A program made the translations under genes and the position numbers. A stretch of DNA of 64,000 nucleotides from Minisyncoccia bacterium (GTDB lineage Bacteria > Patescibacteriota > Minisyncoccia > Phycocordibacterales > UBA918), in contig JBGSJJ010000010.1 in NCBI GenBank assembly GCA_041742075.1, positions 165 to 64,164 of the forward strand, read 5' to 3'. Shown here piece after piece: positions 18,285-28,235 of the stretch (positions are counted from its first letter, which is position 1; each line of letters starts with the position of its first letter). The notes below the pieces were generated by a model, which made no database searches, had not been told where the DNA came from, and saw only the letters and a program-made list of their open reading frames with translations.

Positions 18285-20546
18285 ATGGCAAAACCGACAA
18301 AACGAAAAGCGAAAAAAGTTGAACGGGATCCGATGTTTAACGACCTCTCTCCGCACGCAAAGCAATCTATTACCGCACTAGCTATCGGTTCTTTGGGTAT
18401 TTTCTTTGTACTGGCTTTAACTGCGTACGCCGGTATGGTGGGGGTTTGGACTCAGATTGGCCTTACCTACCTCTTTGGGGCTGGGGCATACTTGGCGCCG
18501 GTCGCGTGTGCGTTTTTTGTGTACGCTTTTTTGAAGCCTAAGGAAGACAGTCGGGTCAGTGGTTCAAAGCTCTTTGGTATCACCCTGCTCTTCTTGGCCC
18601 TTCTCGGGAGTTTCGAGCTCTACACTGAAACCTATGGTGGACTGTTTGGACTGATTGTAAAGTGGCCACTTGCGTTTCTCATGGGCAACGTGGCAACCGG
18701 AGTTTTTCTCTTTGCTTTTTTCCTCACGGGTATCTTTCTTACCTTTAACACCGGCTTAGGAGTGCCCGCATTTATGCGAAGCAAAAAAGACAAAGAGGTG
18801 GCACCTTCAAGTGATATTGCCAACCTGAAGCTTCCGGATAGTTTTGATGACGATGAAACGGAAGACCCGACTGAAGCAGACACAGAAAAGGAAACACCGG
18901 CCACTGACACCAAAAAGAAAACGGTCTCCGAACGACTTGGCTTAGCACCGGCTAAGGCGAGTTCGGACGAATTTACCGTCACCAACTTTGTTGGCTCGTA
19001 CGACCCACCTCCACTGTCGCTCCTGTCTAAGGACAAAGGCAAGGCTAAGACTGGCGACGTGAAGGCTAACGCCAACACGATTAAAAGGGTCCTGAAAGAA
19101 TTCGGCATCGACGTCGAGATGGACACGGTGGAAATCGGTCCGACTGTCGCCCGCTACGCGCTTAAGCCGGCGCAAGGAGTGAAGATTGCGCGGATTGTTG
19201 GTCTCCAGCGCGAGCTTGAACTTAACCTCGCTTCTGGCACTATCCGCATCGAAGCCCCTATCCCGGGCAAGTCACTCGTGGGTATCGAAGTGCCCAACAT
19301 CGAAAAGTCTTCCGTTGGTCTGGCTTCCCTGCTTACTTCACCGGAATACACCGATTCACCGAAGCCACTGTTGGTCGCGCTTGGTAAAGACATCACGGGT
19401 AAGGTGCACTTCTCGAACGTCGCGCGGATGCCCCACGGGCTTATCGCGGGTACGACCGGTTCTGGAAAGTCTATCTTTATTCACAACTTAGTCGCTTCAC
19501 TCCTCTTCCGCAATAGTCCGGAACAACTCCGCTTCCTGATGGTGGACCCAAAGCGGGTAGAACTTACCTTGTATGACGGTATCCCGCATCTCCTCGCTCC
19601 CGTTATTACCGACGCCAAGCGTGCCTTAAAAGCACTCAAGTGGGCAGTTACCGAAATGGAACGACGGTACAACATACTCCAAACTGAAAAAGTGCAGAAC
19701 ATCGACTCGTACCACAGCACTGTCTATCAGCCGGCTAAAGATGCCTGGGTAGCTGATGGCGAACCAGAGGAGGAAAAAGTAAACCTGCCTGAATCGCTTC
19801 CCTACATCGTGATAATTATGGATGAGCTCGCCGACCTCATGCATACCTACCCACGCGAACTCGAGGCGCTTATCGTCCGACTGGCCCAGATGAGTCGCGC
19901 CGTGGGTATTCACCTCCTGTTGGCGACCCAGCGACCGTCGGTAAACGTCATCACCGGAACCATTAAGGCCAACATTCCAACTAGAATTGCGCTCCAGGTA
20001 AACTCCCAGATAGACTCGCGGACCATTCTCGACCAAGTGGGAGCCGAAAAACTCCTTGGTAAAGGCGATATGCTTTATATGTCATCTGACTCAGGTAAAC
20101 CAACCCGACTACAATCGGCGTTTATTTCCGAAGATGAAATTAAAAATGTGGTGGAGTACCTCAAGAAACAAGGTGACGCCCATGAACTTGATTGGATTGA
20201 CCTCGATTCAAATGGCCCAGCTGAACCAGGTGGGTTTGCCGGAAACCTGGGTGACGAAGATGATGACGAGCTCTATGAAGAAGCCAAACAAGCAGTGCTC
20301 GAAGCGGGCAAAGCTTCGACGTCGTACCTCCAGCGTAAACTGAGGATAGGTTACTCCCGCGCAGCCAGGCTTATTGATACACTAGAAGAACGCGGAGTGA
20401 TTGGCTCGGCTGACGGCGCAAAGCAACGCGAAATCCTCCTTGGTCGGAATACCGGTGGTGGTACACCAAGCGATACTGACGAACCGACTGATGCAGACTT
20501 TGACGGCACTGACCAGGACCGCGAAGATAACCGCACTCATTTCTAA
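18285..20546 (+). CDS. ftsK: DNA translocase FtsK/SpoIIIE
   Basis: N-terminal TM domain, Walker A GTTGSGKS, LLLATQRPS, and a C-terminal gamma wHTH domain (STSYLQRKLRIGYSRAARLIDTLEERGVIG). Confidence 0.95.
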   Translation: MAKPTKRKAKKVERDPMFNDLSPHAKQSITALAIGSLGIFFVLALTAYAGMVGVWTQIGLTYLFGAGAYLAPVACAFFVYAFLKPKEDSRVSGSKLFGITLLFLALLGSFELYTETYGGLFGLIVKWPLAFLMGNVATGVFLFAFFLTGIFLTFNTGLGVPAFMRSKKDKEVAPSSDIANLKLPDSFDDDETEDPTEADTEKETPATDTKKKTVSERLGLAPAKASSDEFTVTNFVGSYDPPPLSLLSKDKGKAKTGDVKANANTIKRVLKEFGIDVEMDTVEIGPTVARYALKPAQGVKIARIVGLQRELELNLASGTIRIEAPIPGKSLVGIEVPNIEKSSVGLASLLTSPEYTDSPKPLLVALGKDITGKVHFSNVARMPHGLIAGTTGSGKSIFIHNLVASLLFRNSPEQLRFLMVDPKRVELTLYDGIPHLLAPVITDAKRALKALKWAVTEMERRYNILQTEKVQNIDSYHSTVYQPAKDAWVADGEPEEEKVNLPESLPYIVIIMDELADLMHTYPRELEALIVRLAQMSRAVGIHLLLATQRPSVNVITGTIKANIPTRIALQVNSQIDSRTILDQVGAEKLLGKGDMLYMSSDSGKPTRLQSAFISEDEIKNVVEYLKKQGDAHELDWIDLDSNGPAEPGGFAGNLGDEDDDELYEEAKQAVLEAGKASTSYLQRKLRIGYSRAARLIDTLEERGVIGSADGAKQREILLGRNTGGGTPSDTDEPTDADFDGTDQDREDNRTHF

Positions 20547-20555
20547 AGCCTCCGT

Positions 20556-20978
20556 ATGTCACCCTTATCACTACCCCAGAGACACGTCACCCTCCGCTCG
20601 GTTTTACTCGTGTGTGCTGGCATAGTGCTTTTACTCTGCTTCCTTGGTTATACCGGTTACCAAGCACGCTTTCTTTTGGCTGGACCGCAAGTATCAGTCT
20701 CTACATCAGAGGCAACCAGTATTCACACTGAACGCATCGTCGAGGTGGCAGGGGTAGCGCAAAACATAACCCGCATGAGCTTAAACGGCCGACAGATATA
20801 TACTGACGAGACTGGGCATTTCGCTGAGGCGATTGTGCTCGAAAACGGGTATACTACTGCTACCCTACGGGCAGAAGACCGCTACGGCCGTACCACTGTG
20901 GTCTCGCGTAGTTTTATCTACGTACCACAAACACCCGAAGAACCAACCGAAGAGATGGCTTTATCAAATATCCAATAA
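20556..20978 (+). CDS. Small membrane-anchored hypothetical protein
   Basis: One TM helix ([20 protein letters not shown]). Fills the gap between ftsK and recA. Confidence 0.45.
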   Translation: MSPLSLPQRHVTLRSVLLVCAGIVLLLCFLGYTGYQARFLLAGPQVSVSTSEATSIHTERIVEVAGVAQNITRMSLNGRQIYTDETGHFAEAIVLENGYTTATLRAEDRYGRTTVVSRSFIYVPQTPEEPTEEMALSNIQ

Positions 20979-20988
20979 GACAGAGCGT

Positions 20989-22065
20989 ATGGTAAAAAAG
21001 AAAGTTCCAAAAGTATTAAAATCACAAGTAATTCCCGACGAGAAAAGCGCGCCGAAGGGAGCGGCTGATATTGCTGAAACACTCCGGAGTATCAAAACAA
21101 AGTTTGGTGACGATTCCATCATGATGCTTGGTGACACGAGGAAAGTGGACATCGACTCCGTGCCAACTGGCTCGATTGGTCTTGATGACGCGCTGGGGAT
21201 TGGTGGTTTCCCTCGAGGAAGGATTATTGAAATCTTTGGACCAGAATCCTCTGGTAAGACTACCCTCTCACTGCATGCTATCGCTGAAGCGCAGAAGATG
21301 AATGGTATCTGTGCGTTTATTGACGCTGAACACGCGATGGATCCCGAGTACGCCAAAAACCTAGGCGTAAAGCTCGACGAACTACTTGTCTCTCAGCCAA
21401 GTAACGGTGAACAAGCCCTCGAGATTGTGGAGTCACTCGTCCGCTCAGGAAAGATAGACGTTATCGTCATCGACTCGGTAGCCGCCCTCACTCCAAAAGA
21501 CGAAATCGAAGGTGAGATGGGTGCTCACCACGTCGGCAAGCAAGCTAGACTCATGAGTCAGGCGCTTCGAAAGCTGACAGGGATTGTGTCTAAGAGTAAG
21601 ACTGTGGTTATCTTTATTAACCAAATCCGTATGCAGGTGGGAGTGATGTTTGGTAACCCAGAAACCACACCAGGTGGAAAGGCGCTTAAGTTCTACACCT
21701 CTATTCGTCTTGATATTCGTCGCATTGCCCAAATTAAAAAGGGTGAAGAGGTAGTTGGTGGTCGGCACCGCGTTAAGGTGGTAAAGAACAAAGTGGCTGC
21801 TCCTTTCCGCTCAACTGAGTTTGATCTTATCTATAATGAAGGCATCTCAATGGAGGGCGAGCTGCTCGCGCTTGGAGAAAAATACAAGTATGTCGCAAAG
21901 TCAGGTGCTTCCTACACCTACACTCCGCCTGGTGGTGATGCTTCTACCGAAGTAAAGCTAGGTCGAGGCTACGACGCTGCGCGTACCTTCCTTAAAGAAA
22001 ATCCAAAAGTGCAGACTGAACTTTTGAAGCACATTCGAAAGGCGCTTAAAGAAGAAGGTAAATAG
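20989..22065 (+). CDS. recA: Recombinase RecA
   Basis: Walker [10 protein letters not shown], loops L1/L2 and a conserved RecA core. Start chosen at MVKKKV (20989) rather than the track's upstream in-frame Met. Confidence 0.95.
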   Translation: MVKKKVPKVLKSQVIPDEKSAPKGAADIAETLRSIKTKFGDDSIMMLGDTRKVDIDSVPTGSIGLDDALGIGGFPRGRIIEIFGPESSGKTTLSLHAIAEAQKMNGICAFIDAEHAMDPEYAKNLGVKLDELLVSQPSNGEQALEIVESLVRSGKIDVIVIDSVAALTPKDEIEGEMGAHHVGKQARLMSQALRKLTGIVSKSKTVVIFINQIRMQVGVMFGNPETTPGGKALKFYTSIRLDIRRIAQIKKGEEVVGGRHRVKVVKNKVAAPFRSTEFDLIYNEGISMEGELLALGEKYKYVAKSGASYTYTPPGGDASTEVKLGRGYDAARTFLKENPKVQTELLKHIRKALKEEGK

Positions 22066-22077
22066 TTAGTTCGTAAA

Positions 22078-22116
22078 GACAAAGGCCCCGACAGCTTCGC
22101 TGTCGGGGCCTTTGTC
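22078..22116. terminator. 18-bp stem terminator gacaaaggccccgacagc-ttcg-gctgtcggggcctttgtc
   Basis: Perfect long palindrome immediately after the recA stop. Confidence 0.75.
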
Positions 22117-22122
22117 ACTACT

Positions 22123-22449
22123 TTAAATAGTCTGCAGGCGCTTTACCCTGACCGTCTTAATGGTCACCCCAAAGGAAAGGATGGTAAACACCACGGCGCC
22201 AAGCAGTAAGAGCACGAACGTCTCGGTCTTAAGACTCGAGTAAATAAGGTAGGTGGGCACCATACCAACTGGCGTAGCTGAGAGGTTGGCTAAAATAGCC
22301 GGAATTGACACCGCCTGCGCGAGGAGAGCGACACTCATCGAAAGCGCCATGCCGTGTGGGAAGGCCGGGTGACTGAAGATTTGGAGCGTATAGGCGTAAT
22401 ACACCCGGCGCATAATCTGTCTTTTTAGGTTTTTGTTTACTGTTTTCAT
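22123..22449 (-). CDS. Small membrane protein downstream of the ECF sigma factor (candidate anti-sigma factor)
   Basis: Position immediately 3' of the sigma gene; two TM segments. Confidence 0.45.
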   Translation of the reverse strand: MKTVNKNLKRQIMRRVYYAYTLQIFSHPAFPHGMALSMSVALLAQAVSIPAILANLSATPVGMVPTYLIYSSLKTETFVLLLLGAVVFTILSFGVTIKTVRVKRLQTI

Positions 22450-22486
22450 GGTTTCATCTCCTATAACTCACTCTACTGCAACTTAG

Positions 22487-23089
22487 TTACAGCACAACGT
22501 CAATCTCCCCCACTTTAGTTTCCTTCTTAAAGGCCAATTTTGCTCGGTGAATACGCGCCTTAATCGTACCCACATTCTCACCCGTCTCGCGAGCAATGTC
22601 TTCGTGAGTATAGCGTTCTAAGTAATGGAGACGAAGCACATAGACAAAGTGTCCGGGTAGTCGAACTAAAATACGCTCAATAGCGTCACGCCTATCTTCA
22701 AAACCACTATGAAGACTGGCCTCACCGATAAACTCTTCAAACTCAGGGTCAAGGGCGGTAAAGCGCTGTCCTTGCTTAATGAGTTTTTGATACCGCGTAA
22801 ATGCAGTATTCATAAGAATCCGATACGCCCAGGATGAAAAGCTGGCTCCTTCTTGGGGAGTGAAGGTGTGCGCATTCAAATAAATCTTGGTAAACGTGTC
22901 TTGTACTATCTCTTCAGCATCTCGCTCGTCTCGCACAATACCTCTCGCTTTACGCAGGAAAGCATCTTGGTATCTATCAAGTAAAACAGCAAAGAGCCAA
23001 GGCTGACCTTGCGAGCGAATCAATAAGTCAGCGTCAGACAATTCTCCTGCATTATCACTAGTTGTAAGTCCAAGCATATGTGATACCAT
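22487..23089 (-). CDS. ECF-type RNA polymerase sigma-70 family factor
   Basis: Region 2 (YQDAFLRKARGIV..EEIVQDTFTKIY) and region 4 HTH (THEDIARETGENVGTIKARIHRAKLAFKK). Confidence 0.85.
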   Translation of the reverse strand: MVSHMLGLTTSDNAGELSDADLLIRSQGQPWLFAVLLDRYQDAFLRKARGIVRDERDAEEIVQDTFTKIYLNAHTFTPQEGASFSSWAYRILMNTAFTRYQKLIKQGQRFTALDPEFEEFIGEASLHSGFEDRRDAIERILVRLPGHFVYVLRLHYLERYTHEDIARETGENVGTIKARIHRAKLAFKKETKVGEIDVVL

Positions 23090-23131
23090 TCTTCCTTACA
23101 TTGTAGCATCTATTCATAATTCAAAGAATGT

Positions 23132-23707
23132 ATGGCTGTCTTAGCATATAACGAAATTACCCCGAAAAAAGTTATTATTTTCAACGATGAACCGTGCATC
23201 GTTATTAGTCATCACGTATTTAGAAAGCAACAACGCAAGCCTGTCAACATCACCAAGCTTAAAGGACTAAAGTCAGGCCGAGCCTACGAAAACACCTTCC
23301 ACGTAAACGAAACGGCTGACGAAGCGGAGCTTGAATCTAAGCAGATTGTGTTTATCTACCGCAAGGGTGACGAGTATATGTTCCATATGGCTGGCACGCC
23401 GGCTGAACGCTTCTCTCTTTCAGCTGACCTCATCGGTGACGGCGGAAAATACATCAAGGAGCGGAGCGAACTCGATGCGATGATTTATGACGAAGAAGTG
23501 ATTGGTGTTCGGGTTCCCATTAAAGTCGAACTCAAAGTTACCCAAGCGATGGAGGCGGTTAAAGGTAACAGTTCAGGTGGTGCACTCAAAGAAGTGACCC
23601 TTGAAACCGGCGCAACGATGATGGTGCCTATGTTTATTGGTGAAGGCGACGTTATCGCCATCAACACCGAGAGTGGTCTCTATGCCGAGCGCGTGAGTAA
23701 GTCGTAA
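23132..23707 (+). CDS. efp: Elongation factor P (non-canonical beta3-beta4 loop)
   Basis: Full-length collinearity with EF-P (C-terminal VPMFIGEGDVIAINTESGLYAERV). The KPGKG loop is replaced by FRKQQRKP. Confidence 0.8.
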   Translation: MAVLAYNEITPKKVIIFNDEPCIVISHHVFRKQQRKPVNITKLKGLKSGRAYENTFHVNETADEAELESKQIVFIYRKGDEYMFHMAGTPAERFSLSADLIGDGGKYIKERSELDAMIYDEEVIGVRVPIKVELKVTQAMEAVKGNSSGGALKEVTLETGATMMVPMFIGEGDVIAINTESGLYAERVSKS

Positions 23708-23710
23708 CTA

Positions 23711-23751
23711 CTCTTTATAAAAGGGCCAGCTTTCGTTCATACGAATGCTGG
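23711..23751 (+). terminator. Hairpin aaagggccagc...gctggcccttt after efp
   Basis: 9-bp stem with an internal sub-stem and a short T-run. Confidence 0.5.
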
Positions 23752-23772
23752 CCCTTTGTAATCTTGAACCGT

Positions 23773-24078
23773 CTAAAAAAGAGCAATCAATACTATGATA
23801 GTCGCAAGAAGAACGAGGGCTGCAAGAACCCTGGGCCGAGAAGCATCCATATGGGCTTGTTCGGTTGGTGAAGCATTTTTATAGTAGCGACTCTGGTACC
23901 AACGTACTTTTGGTTTATTAGTTTCCTCGGGACCTCGTTTTAAAAAGAGTTTTCGAAACCAGGGCATACTTAAGAGTGACAAAAGTCCGGCAATTCCTCC
24001 CATCATAGGTGCTCCATGTTGTGTACTTCTATCATCATTCATACCACAATCATGGTGGCCTGCGCTACGGCTTTCCAA
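23773..24078 (-). CDS. Hypothetical protein with a C-terminal TM helix
   Basis: ORF only. Confidence 0.35.
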   Translation of the reverse strand: MESRSAGHHDCGMNDDRSTQHGAPMMGGIAGLLSLLSMPWFRKLFLKRGPEETNKPKVRWYQSRYYKNASPTEQAHMDASRPRVLAALVLLATIIVLIALF

Positions 24079-24150
24079 TAAAAAAGACCGATGAACGAGT
24101 CATCGGCCATTGTCCCAGCGACCAATATGTCGCTGGGGCCTACGTTTGGG

Positions 24151-24369
24151 TCATTTGCGAAAGTACTTCCGTGCTTCACTGATGACAATTGGCACAACTT
24201 CTGGCGCTACAACAGCGACCAGCACGAGCACTGCCACTAGACTAGCCAGAGCAAAGGTGAGGAATATGAGATAGATATTCCAACCTGCCTCATAGGCTTC
24301 GAAGGCCATCGTTATCGCCACGGCGAACGAGACGATACGGATGAGGAGTATAGACTCAAGATCAGTCAT
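24151..24369 (-). CDS. Small membrane protein (72 aa)
   Basis: Two TM helices. Overlaps the start of the next gene by 4 nt. Confidence 0.4.
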   Translation of the reverse strand: MTDLESILLIRIVSFAVAITMAFEAYEAGWNIYLIFLTFALASLVAVLVLVAVVAPEVVPIVISEARKYFRK

Positions 24370-24995
24370 TTTACGTTCAACTTTCTCTGTTCAAGTTTCT
24401 TGGAGCTCCAAGGTGAGATTAAACTACCCCGGTACCCCATTTGTTTCGGCACGAGATTGTACCGCCGAATCATGCGCTCTTTATGCGCTTCTCGCTTCTT
24501 TAAGCTTCCCCAGGCTGGGTCCTTTTCGAAGTACTGGTGACTACTGGCCTCTAGGATAAGTACCCTCCGGTAACCCAGAGTACGCGCAATGGCTTCCGCA
24601 CACTCAAGGAAGAATCGGTCGGCGTCTTTGATCCCGAGCTTGCTCAGGTACACCCCTTTCACGCCCTGCATCTGGACCACATGCATCCCGTACGGGGTGC
24701 AATCAAGACCAATGTTGCCAATAATCTTGCCCTGGTGATGAAGGACAACGGTCAAGTTGCCACCGGCCTTTTGCACAACTCCATCCGCGACTAGATCGGT
24801 GTGGTATTTGGTCGCCGAGACCGAATGAACGAATTCGAGCTCGCTCAGCGCTACCCACTTTTCAGTCCGCTTGGCGAACTTTTGAGCGAACCTTTGCCGA
24901 AACCAATGCGGGATGGTGAACTGGTAAACTTTAAAGAGAAAAAAGAAGAAAGTAACGGTCACGATGACCGCGTACCAGTAGAGTACAGTGGCCAT
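24366..24995 (-). CDS. Membrane-anchored hypothetical protein (209 aa)
   Basis: N-terminal TM helix and a soluble domain with no recognised motif. Confidence 0.45.
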   Translation of the reverse strand: MATVLYWYAVIVTVTFFFFLFKVYQFTIPHWFRQRFAQKFAKRTEKWVALSELEFVHSVSATKYHTDLVADGVVQKAGGNLTVVLHHQGKIIGNIGLDCTPYGMHVVQMQGVKGVYLSKLGIKDADRFFLECAEAIARTLGYRRVLILEASSHQYFEKDPAWGSLKKREAHKERMIRRYNLVPKQMGYRGSLISPWSSKKLEQRKLNVK

Positions 24996-25263
24996 TATAA
25001 CCTCCTATGACAAAGTACACATTCAATTATTATTATAGCACACTTTTATGTAAAAATCAATGTTTTTGCACTACTAGCCTTAGTTTAAAGATAATATAAG
25101 CCCCGCGCGTAGCGCGGGGCCAAAGATGACTGATTCAAAATATCCAGCGAATCAGGAGGTCAAGCGTGCCGAGCACGAGCACGTGGAGCAAAAGTGAATA
25201 GAACAATGCTTCTTTACTTGGAACGATACGCGGAAGAACGAGTGCTCGCAATCGCAACATTTT

Positions 25264-25617
25264 TTACTCCTTTGCTGGTTTTTCTCTTGGCGGTATGTGT
25301 GGGTAGATGAGGATTAGCAGAGCAATACTGCTCGCAACAAGTACAACCAGAGCTTCGTACGATTGTTTGTATGGCTCATTGAATTGAAGTCTATCGCCGA
25401 GCGTATAGAAGCCAATACCGAGGTAGCCTATCAGTAACAGCAAGACTGACTGGTTAATAAACCAGAGTCCGACCACAAACATAGGGCGATTTCCAGACCA
25501 CGTTAGGCGAGCAATAACCCACCTTATCGGTATCACCACTCCATACAATACACACGTAGTCAGAACGAGTAGAAATAGATTTATCACATCACCAATGTAA
25601 TGCTTATTTTTACTCAT
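25264..25617 (-). CDS. Small polytopic membrane protein
   Basis: Four predicted TM segments. Confidence 0.45.
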   Translation of the reverse strand: MSKNKHYIGDVINLFLLVLTTCVLYGVVIPIRWVIARLTWSGNRPMFVVGLWFINQSVLLLLIGYLGIGFYTLGDRLQFNEPYKQSYEALVVLVASSIALLILIYPHIPPREKPAKE

Positions 25618-25696
25618 GAGCTCGGACTCCCTTGTGAACGATTTTCTTCAGCAAGAATGCCATAGATAGAATGTAAGTCAAGGTTAGGTGCTTCTC

Positions 25697-25744
25697 CTAG
25701 GCACAAAAAAGACCAGACGTGTGTCTGGTCTTTTTTGTGCCTAG
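25697..25744. terminator. 48-nt perfect palindrome ctaggcacaaaaaagaccagac-gtgt-gtctggtcttttttgtgcctag; terminator of the rpsF-ssb-rpsR operon
   Basis: 22-bp arms with T/A runs built into the arms. Confidence 0.75.
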
Positions 25745-25766
25745 ATTGGCCAAGTTGTAATAAAAC

Positions 25767-25967
25767 TTAATGTTTTATAAACGGCATCAGTGCCATAAAC
25801 CGGGCTCGCTTGATTGCTCGAGCAAAGTCTCGTTGTCCTTTGGCGGTAAGCTTGGTTCGACGTCGGTTCATCATACGAGCGTGTGGGTTGATGTAGGCAC
25901 CAAGTCGGGTGATGTCTTTGTAATCAATATGATTGTGATTACTATTTTTTGTTTGCTTTTCGTCCAT
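25767..25967 (-). CDS. rpsR: 30S ribosomal protein S18 (start at the internal MDEKQTK)
   Basis: IDYKDITRLGAYINPHARMMNRRRTKLTAKGQRDFARAIKRARFMALMPF matches the S18 core. The track ORF extends to 26060. Confidence 0.9.
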   Translation of the reverse strand: MDEKQTKNSNHNHIDYKDITRLGAYINPHARMMNRRRTKLTAKGQRDFARAIKRARFMALMPFIKH

Positions 25968-26143
25968 AGTTCTCAGCGTTAGGGTTGATAATGTTTCGAA
26001 ATTTAAAATCACGATGTCTACAGATTTTAAGGAACGAATTGCCTCAGATGCGAGGCGCAACGATAGCTTGGAGGAAGCGGTAGATAACTACCGTGACCAA
26101 CAAGCTTGAAGTTGCAACAAAGCAGCTGGGGTAAGTTCGTTTC

Positions 26144-26590
26144 TTAAAATGGGATATCGTCTGGGTTGATATCTTCTTCTGGATACTCAGGCGCCGGCGG
26201 AATCGCACTATCTTGTGGATTATTGCCACCACTGTAGTTACTACTTGAACCGCCTCCACCACCATCAGTTCGTGGACCAAACTGTACCCTATCAGCAACA
26301 ATCTCGGTGCGGTACTGCTTCACACCATCTTTATCCCAACTTCGTGTTTGTAGTCGGCCTTCGATGTACGCTCCACTACCCTTTTTGAGGTACTTGGCAC
26401 TCGTATCCGCTTGCTTACCAAAAACGACCACGTTGTGATAATCAGCCTGCTCCTGTCGCTTACCGTCTCGGTCTGTAAAAACACGATTAGTCGCAATTGA
26501 AAATGAACACACATTCATTCCGCTTGGGAGGGCTTTTAATTCTGGATCTCTCGTAAGATTTCCGTAGATCATTGCTTTGTTAAGGTACAT
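26144..26590 (-). CDS. ssb: Single-stranded DNA-binding protein
   Basis: OB fold, a Gly-rich tail and the C-terminal acidic DDIPF tip. Confidence 0.95.
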   Translation of the reverse strand: MYLNKAMIYGNLTRDPELKALPSGMNVCSFSIATNRVFTDRDGKRQEQADYHNVVVFGKQADTSAKYLKKGSGAYIEGRLQTRSWDKDGVKQYRTEIVADRVQFGPRTDGGGGGSSSNYSGGNNPQDSAIPPAPEYPEEDINPDDIPF

Positions 26591-26609
26591 AATTTATTTG
26601 GTTACTTAA

Positions 26610-27137
26610 TTAAGACTTTACTTCGTCTTCTGCTTCCACCACCGCTACCACTTCTTCGACTGCCTCAGCTTCTTCTGGTGCAAGCTCACTCGCGAGTACC
26701 TCATCGACGTCGATAGCCATTGCTGGTTGTTTTTCAAGAGCTTCGTGGAAGTAAAACGGCATCGCTTCTTCAGACTTCGTCAGACGAGTCAGAAGAGTAC
26801 GTAGGATATCGGTTCGTCCTTCAAGCTCTTCGAGAATGTGCTCAATTTTTCCGCTTTCTATGTGGAAACGAACCCATCCGAAGTACGCGCTTTTGAACTT
26901 TCGATTTTTACCTTCAATGTGCTTTTCGATTTCGTAGGCTAGTTCGAATCGCTCTGGATTTTCACTAACACCCACTTCACCGCCTTGGCTTGTAATAAGT
27001 GCTTTGACTTCGTCAAAAACACGAGACACTTCCCCTTCAGCAATCGTTGGAAGAACGTGGAAAGCAAGTTCGTAGGCGCCCTTTTCAGTTGGCTCTACCG
27101 CAACCGCTTCGACTGCTGGCATTGTTGTTTCTGACAT
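26610..27137 (-). CDS. rpsF: 30S ribosomal protein S6 with an acidic C-terminal extension
   Basis: YELAFHVLP...ERFELAYEIEKH resembles S6. Classic rpsF-ssb-rpsR order. Confidence 0.8.
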   Translation of the reverse strand: MSETTMPAVEAVAVEPTEKGAYELAFHVLPTIAEGEVSRVFDEVKALITSQGGEVGVSENPERFELAYEIEKHIEGKNRKFKSAYFGWVRFHIESGKIEHILEELEGRTDILRTLLTRLTKSEEAMPFYFHEALEKQPAMAIDVDEVLASELAPEEAEAVEEVVAVVEAEDEVKS

Positions 27138-27235
27138 GTTGTTACGTCATTACTGATAACCCGCTTACACTACAACAAATATTCCTATTTATCAACATAG
27201 ACACCTCATTGCTTCAAGGTGCTATACTTTGGGGA

Positions 27236-28174
27236 ATGCACCCAAAAAAAGCTTCTCTCTCCAAGATAATTTTGCCCCTACTCGGCTTACTCCTTCTCAT
27301 AGCAGTCGGAAGTACCGGCTACCTTTTTTATAAAACCGAACAGCTTCAAGCTGAGGTCTTGATGCTTCAAGAAGAGCGAAATTTTTTCTTACTGGCAACC
27401 GCTTCTTCTACCGAGCAACTGGCACTTAAAGAAGCTGAGATTACCAAACTGGGCGATATGCTTGAACTAACCGAAGAGGAGCGTGAGGATATCGAGCGTG
27501 ACCTCAAGCGTGAAAAAAACAAGAACGAGGAGTTTGAAGACCAAATTAAGGAAATAGCCGGCACCGTAGGGATTCTGGATAAACTTTCCAAAACAGACGA
27601 GGAGTTGCTCCAGAAATACTCAAAAGTCTACTTCCTTAACGAAAACTTCCGGCCTGACAAACTCACCAAAATTGATAGTGAGTACGTACAAGAAGGTCGC
27701 CGTGACCAGTACTTCCACACAAGCGCGTGGCCTTATTTAGAAGAGATGATTCAAGATGCCAAAGATGACGGTATCGACCTCAAAGTCACTTCAGCCTTTC
27801 GTTCTTTTGAAGAGCAGGCAGAACTCAAAGGCCAGTACACCATTCAGTATGGGAGTGGGGCAAACGCTTTCTCGGCCGACCAAGGCTACTCAGAGCACCA
27901 GCTTGGTACGACGCTCGACCTTACCACACCCTCAGTTGGTGGCCCATACACAAGTTTTGAAAATACCGAAGCCTTCGCCTGGCTCCAAAAGAATGCCTAT
28001 AAGTACGGATTCATTCTCTCTTACCCACAAGGAAACGGATTTTACGTGTACGAGCCATGGCACTGGCGGTTTGTTGGAACCAAGCTTGCAGACTTTATGA
28101 AAGATGAAGGGGTGACATTTTACGACCTTGACCAAAGAGTTATCAATGAATACTTAGTGAATATATTTGACTAG
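27236..28174 (+). CDS. Peptidase M15 (VanY-like D,D-carboxypeptidase) with an N-terminal TM helix and coiled coil
   Basis: SAFRSFEEQ, HQLGTTLDL and YEPWHWRFVG motifs. Start chosen at MHPKK (27236) to avoid overlapping rpsF. Confidence 0.75.
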   Translation: MHPKKASLSKIILPLLGLLLLIAVGSTGYLFYKTEQLQAEVLMLQEERNFFLLATASSTEQLALKEAEITKLGDMLELTEEEREDIERDLKREKNKNEEFEDQIKEIAGTVGILDKLSKTDEELLQKYSKVYFLNENFRPDKLTKIDSEYVQEGRRDQYFHTSAWPYLEEMIQDAKDDGIDLKVTSAFRSFEEQAELKGQYTIQYGSGANAFSADQGYSEHQLGTTLDLTTPSVGGPYTSFENTEAFAWLQKNAYKYGFILSYPQGNGFYVYEPWHWRFVGTKLADFMKDEGVTFYDLDQRVINEYLVNIFD

Positions 28175-28235
28175 CTCGCTTGCCTAGTCGTCACCTTAAG
28201 AAAATTACCGGTACCTAGGTACAGGTTATTTTGGT

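Noticed and set aside
20833-20988. Upstream in-frame Met start for recA (track start 20833)
   Set aside because: It would overlap the preceding small gene and add about 50 non-RecA residues. MVKKKV at 20989 follows that gene's stop and gives a canonical RecA length.
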